Shown here: positions 60,490 to 64,000 of the stretch, one piece after another
Numbering within the stretch: position 1 is the first letter of the stretch
Layout of the letters: each line of letters starts with the position of its first letter
Origin: an uncultured Nitrospinaceae bacterium
Lineage (GTDB): Bacteria; UBA8248
Assembly (NCBI GenBank): GCA_964005815.1
Contig: CAXFSR010000009.1
Span: 32,001-96,000 of the forward strand
DNA: 64,000 nt
Direction: 5' to 3'
Program-made: the position numbers and the translations under genes
Notes under the pieces: model-generated
The model's input: only the letters and a program-made list of their open reading frames with translations
Database searches by the model: none
Told to the model about the DNA's origin: nothing

Positions 60490-61206
60490 CTAATCAACTA
60501 ATTCCTTGTATCTGCATGGTATCCATTTATTTCTAAGTATCATCATATATTCTGTTTTTGTATTTTCCAGAGTATACTTTCCAAGACAAAGCCCCAACCT
60601 ATTGAGTTTAATACTCGTTTTTGATCTTCTTTCGCATCCCCAATTGCTTGTTAGACCTCCCATTCCTCTGCATACACTATGGTAAAAATCATTGAGTGTT
60701 ATAAGAGTGTCAAAATCATGGTCTTTTTTTGTTTTTGGTACTTTTATGTATAGTCTTTTAAGACCAGTCGTTTTTGGGAAGGCTTTTGAAAACCAACCGA
60801 AAGCCTTTTGCTGATTTGGGTGACCCACTTTTCCATCTAAGAATATTCTCCCCAAATTGATCATGGCATAAGTATTCCCCTGTTTGGCAGATTTACGGAA
60901 CCAGTAGATCGCTTTCTTGTAGTTTCGGGGTAGTCCCAGTCCAGTGAAGTAAATTTCTCCTAAACTAAATTGTGCGTGGTCGTCGCGGTTTTTTGCCAAT
61001 TTAATTATGGGGGGAATAATTTCTTTCAGCATATGGAGATATCCTGCTGGAATCTCTCCTTTTTTAATTCCATATTCTCTCATTTTATCTTGAACTTCCC
61101 AAAGCTTAGAATGTAATTCTTTGTTTACATTTTTGAGATTTTTGCTTTCTACGATATTGATGGTAGCGAATAAAAAAATGAGAGAAAGAGATCCTATTTT
61201 AAGTAT
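60490..61206 (-). CDS. Sel1-repeat protein, probably exported (ATA start at 61206 proposed; first ATG at 61083)
   Basis: AQFSLGEIYFTGLG...AIYWFRKSAKQG and AMINLG repeats. The frame is open upstream of 61083 and encodes a signal-like segment. Confidence 0.7.
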   Translation of the reverse strand: MLKIGSLSLIFLFATINIVESKNLKNVNKELHSKLWEVQDKMREYGIKKGEIPAGYLHMLKEIIPPIIKLAKNRDDHAQFSLGEIYFTGLGLPRNYKKAIYWFRKSAKQGNTYAMINLGRIFLDGKVGHPNQQKAFGWFSKAFPKTTGLKRLYIKVPKTKKDHDFDTLITLNDFYHSVCRGMGGLTSNWGCERRSKTSIKLNRLGLCLGKYTLENTKTEYMMILRNKWIPCRYKELVD

Positions 61207-61388
61207 TTTAGTCCTCGTTTGAGAGAGTAGTTAAAGAAAGAATAATTTTTAAGAATGAATAAAATATGAAATCTTTTTGATTGTTATGTGAATGCCCTTA
61301 AATTTTATGTTAGGTTTCCGATGTCAAATGTAAGGTCTATCTATTGCAAAAAGTTGCGACTATTTGTAATTTATGTTTTAGGCGAAGT

Positions 61389-61474
61389 GCCCGGGTGGTG
61401 AAATGGTAGACACACAGGACTTAAAATCCTGCGAGGGCGACCTCGTGCCAGTTCGACTCTGGCTCCGGGCACCA
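61389..61474 (+). tRNA. tRNA-Leu (TAA)
   Basis: GCCCGGG acceptor stem, anticodon arm CAGGA-CTTAAAA-TCCTG, long variable arm, GTTCGACTC T-loop and encoded CCA. Confidence 0.95.
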
Positions 61475-61503
61475 AGCTGTATTATTTTTTGGAGTTCTCA
61501 GTT

Positions 61504-62496
61504 ATGCCTTCCCCTGAAATTATTACAAAAGACTATTTAATCGACTCTCAAGATCCCGAAATTAAATTACATGTTCGAGAGAAACGTCTAAAGGGAAAAA
61601 GAAAATTTACAAATTCAGAAACTTTATTAATGTGTCATGGAAGGATTGGTGCAGGCCCAATAGCATTTGATCTGCCAGTGCCGGGATATTCCTGGATGGA
61701 TTACCATGCAGGGAAAGGTATGAATGTATTCACACTTTCAGTTCGGGGTTTTGGTTTTTCTTCTAGACCAAAGGAATTTTTAGAGGACCCTTTAAAAAAT
61801 CCTCCTGTAATAAGAGGGAAAGAAGCGATAAAAGATATTGCTTCGGTTGTGAATTTTATTCTCAAAAAGAAAAAGATAAGAAAAATAAGTCTTTTAGGTC
61901 GTTCATGGGGGACTACTCTTTCTGCTGCTTTTGCAGCATCTAATCCTAGCAAAGTACATAAATTGGTTTTATATGCTCCTTACTATTCATATCATAATTC
62001 AAAAAGAGCAGCTTCTTTTGAAAATCCTAAGATTCCAGGTAAATGGGATGAAAGAAAGGGTGCATGGAGTTGGTGTACGGAGAAAGATTTGAAGAAAAGA
62101 TGGTGGGGACACATTCCGGGAAACAAACATTTTCAGTGGAGAGACAAAAAAATCGTAGAGAAGTATTTTGAAGAGATGTTCAAGACGGAGACTGAGCAAC
62201 ATCCTAAAAATATACCAGCAGTAAGAATTTCAAATGGTTCGTTGCTGGATGCCTATGATCGTGTTTTAAATAAACCCCTTTATAATGCTTCCAAGGTAAC
62301 GTGCCCCGTTCTTTTGATCTATGGAGATTACGACGGGGCGGCCAATCATGAGGAAGCTTGGGGACTTTTCCAGAAATTAAAAAATAGTAAAGGGAGAGAA
62401 TATATTGTGTTCAGTGAAGGTACTCACTATATGGAACTTGAGCACAGAAGAGGGGAATTCCTCTCTACCATTCATAATTTTTTAAATTCTTCTTAA
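61504..62496 (+). CDS. Alpha/beta hydrolase
   Basis: CHG, RGFGFS, GRSWG nucleophile elbow, GDYD and GTH. Confidence 0.88.
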   Translation: MPSPEIITKDYLIDSQDPEIKLHVREKRLKGKRKFTNSETLLMCHGRIGAGPIAFDLPVPGYSWMDYHAGKGMNVFTLSVRGFGFSSRPKEFLEDPLKNPPVIRGKEAIKDIASVVNFILKKKKIRKISLLGRSWGTTLSAAFAASNPSKVHKLVLYAPYYSYHNSKRAASFENPKIPGKWDERKGAWSWCTEKDLKKRWWGHIPGNKHFQWRDKKIVEKYFEEMFKTETEQHPKNIPAVRISNGSLLDAYDRVLNKPLYNASKVTCPVLLIYGDYDGAANHEEAWGLFQKLKNSKGREYIVFSEGTHYMELEHRRGEFLSTIHNFLNSS

Positions 62497-62497
62497 T

Positions 62498-62926
62498 TTA
62501 TTCATCTATTACGGCAGTTACTGTAACCTCGAGAAGAAGTTTTGGATGTGCTGCTAATGTTGAAATTTCAACCGTAGTTGTTGTAGGTCTATTCTCTCCA
62601 AAATTTTCTTCCCAGATTTTATTTAAGACATCTTGATCTTGCATGTTTTTTAGGTATCTAGTTGCAGAGACTACATCCTTGAGAGAACCTCCAGCGGTTT
62701 CTAGACTCTTTTTTATTTTATTCATAATTTCGTTTGCTTGCCCCTCCATATCATCAGGAATAGATTCGAATTCTTCTGGTCGGTGTGGATGATGGTGATA
62801 CATAGGGGCTGCAGTTGTTCCTGCAAGATATATTGTTGTTCCACCTTTCACTTTAATAATGGGAATAAAGGGGGCCCATATATCTGGGGCATCTTTCCAA
62901 TGTAATCTCTCTAATGTTTTCGGCAT
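62498..62926 (-). CDS. Rid (YjgF/UK114) family protein
   Basis: IYLAGT, SLETAGGSLKDVV, RPTTTTVE and LLEVTVTA; start after AAGGAG. Confidence 0.85.
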   Translation of the reverse strand: MPKTLERLHWKDAPDIWAPFIPIIKVKGGTTIYLAGTTAAPMYHHHPHRPEEFESIPDDMEGQANEIMNKIKKSLETAGGSLKDVVSATRYLKNMQDQDVLNKIWEENFGENRPTTTTVEISTLAAHPKLLLEVTVTAVIDE

Positions 62927-63044
62927 AGTTTTCTCCTTAATTTTGATTTTTCTGGGAAATTTCCCCAAATAATTTTTATCTGATAAGATAAGTATTATTC
63001 ATATTACTATATTTATCTGTTTTTGTGTTTTCTTTGGAGGTAAA

Positions 63045-64000
63045 ATGGATTTCCATTTGAGTGAAGAGCAAAAAGGGCTCCAGAAGTTAGCTCGTGACTT
63101 TGCTAGAGATGAATTGATTCCAAATTGTGCTGAACTTGATCGTCTTCCTGATGGAGAAGATGTGTTTCCCTGGGATCTTGTAGAAAAGGGTTCTAAATTA
63201 GGATTTAATAATTTAGCTGTTCCAAAAGAGCATGGAGGGCATGGTGCTAGTGTATTAACTCAAGTTCTTGTGATTGAGGAATTGTCTGCTGGAGAAGCTG
63301 CTGTTTCGAAGGTCTATAGTCATAATTGGAAGGGTATTTCTGGAATTCTAGCAGCTGCATCTGAGGAGCAGATTGCAAGAATCCTTCCTGATTATGTAAA
63401 AGATCCAAGATATTGTATTGGAATAGGTCTTACAGAACCAAACTCAGGCAGTGATAATTCAGTTCCTTACGATAAAAAAATTTCAGCTGGACCCATGCTT
63501 TCAGCTGTCCGAGACGGAGATTTTTACGTTCTAAACGGTATGAAACATTACATAGCACTTTCTGCACAGTGCAAATATATTTCTATTCTTGCAAGAACAG
63601 ATAAAACAGTACCTTGGACAGAAGGGGTTACTGGGTTTATGGTTTTTCCTCCCCAAGATGGACTAGAGATAGGACGTCTACATGACAAAGTAGGTCTTCG
63701 TTTATATCCGCAGAATGAAGTCATTGTAAATAATCTTAGAGTTCCTGTTAGTGACCGTTTGGGAGAAGAAGGTAAATTTCACTCTAGTAGAAAGGCTGTG
63801 GTAAATATTGGAACGGTGGAGGCAACTGCGACTGCATTAGGAATAGCAAAGAGATCTTATGAACTAGCTCTTGAATATGCAAGAGAAAGAGTCCAGGGCG
63901 GGAAGCCGATAATTGAACATCAAATTATTTCTACGCTTCTCCTTGAAATGTTTACTCGACTTGAGGCTTCACGTTCTATGCTTTGGAGGTCTGCTTGCAG
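63045..64000 (+). CDS. Acyl-CoA dehydrogenase (partial; runs off window)
   Basis: Hand-translated from ATG 63045 after GGAGG: MDFHLSEEQ...ARDFA, LTEPNSGSD, LNGMKHYI, DKVGLR and YARERVQGGKPIIEHQ. Confidence 0.92.
   Translation, partial: MDFHLSEEQKGLQKLARDFARDELIPNCAELDRLPDGEDVFPWDLVEKGSKLGFNNLAVPKEHGGHGASVLTQVLVIEELSAGEAAVSKVYSHNWKGISGILAAASEEQIARILPDYVKDPRYCIGIGLTEPNSGSDNSVPYDKKISAGPMLSAVRDGDFYVLNGMKHYIALSAQCKYISILARTDKTVPWTEGVTGFMVFPPQDGLEIGRLHDKVGLRLYPQNEVIVNNLRVPVSDRLGEEGKFHSSRKAVVNIGTVEATATALGIAKRSYELALEYARERVQGGKPIIEHQIISTLLLEMFTRLEASRSMLWRSAC

Noticed and set aside
61389..61474. tRNA-Sec (long variable arm)
   Set aside because: Anticodon is TAA, not TCA, and the acceptor stem has 7 bp; it is tRNA-Leu.

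Overview
AT-rich, gene-dense bacterial chromosome segment using the standard genetic code. I found no rRNA, CRISPR array, integrase or transposase. 1-16.8 kb is mostly housekeeping: ABC peptide-binding lipoprotein (partial), a peroxiredoxin-like gene, dacB, recJ, moaD/moaE, trpF-trpB-trpA-leuC-leuD-leuB-asd-mtnP-hemL-ftsB and tRNA-fMet. 16.9-57 kb is a long run of catabolic and redox enzymes with no recognisable transcription regulator: MBL-fold pair, triple-Rid protein, fused hydantoinase/oxoprolinase, LLM and PPOX (putative F420-dependent) oxidoreductases, sulfatase, amidohydrolase, enolase-family enzyme, cupins, CMD/AhpD proteins, TauE and a TauBC-like ABC module. The window ends with envelope genes, tRNA-Leu(TAA) and a partial acyl-CoA dehydrogenase. 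The main signal missed by the ORF track is four in-frame TGA codons. Two sit in redox motifs (UxxC in an exported Prx-like protein, CxxU in an AhpD-like protein inside a putative F420 operon), are followed by SECIS-like hairpins, and are probably selenocysteine. The other two interrupt the first transmembrane helix of both genes of an EmrAB-type efflux operon and are unexplained. Also notable are a MoaD ending GG-Ile in frame with MoaE across one TAG, a probable ATA start codon, a single-chain Rid pseudo-trimer lacking the catalytic Arg, and an amidohydrolase with the ligand pattern of dinuclear oxygenases. All calls come from reading motifs by eye; no database searches were run.
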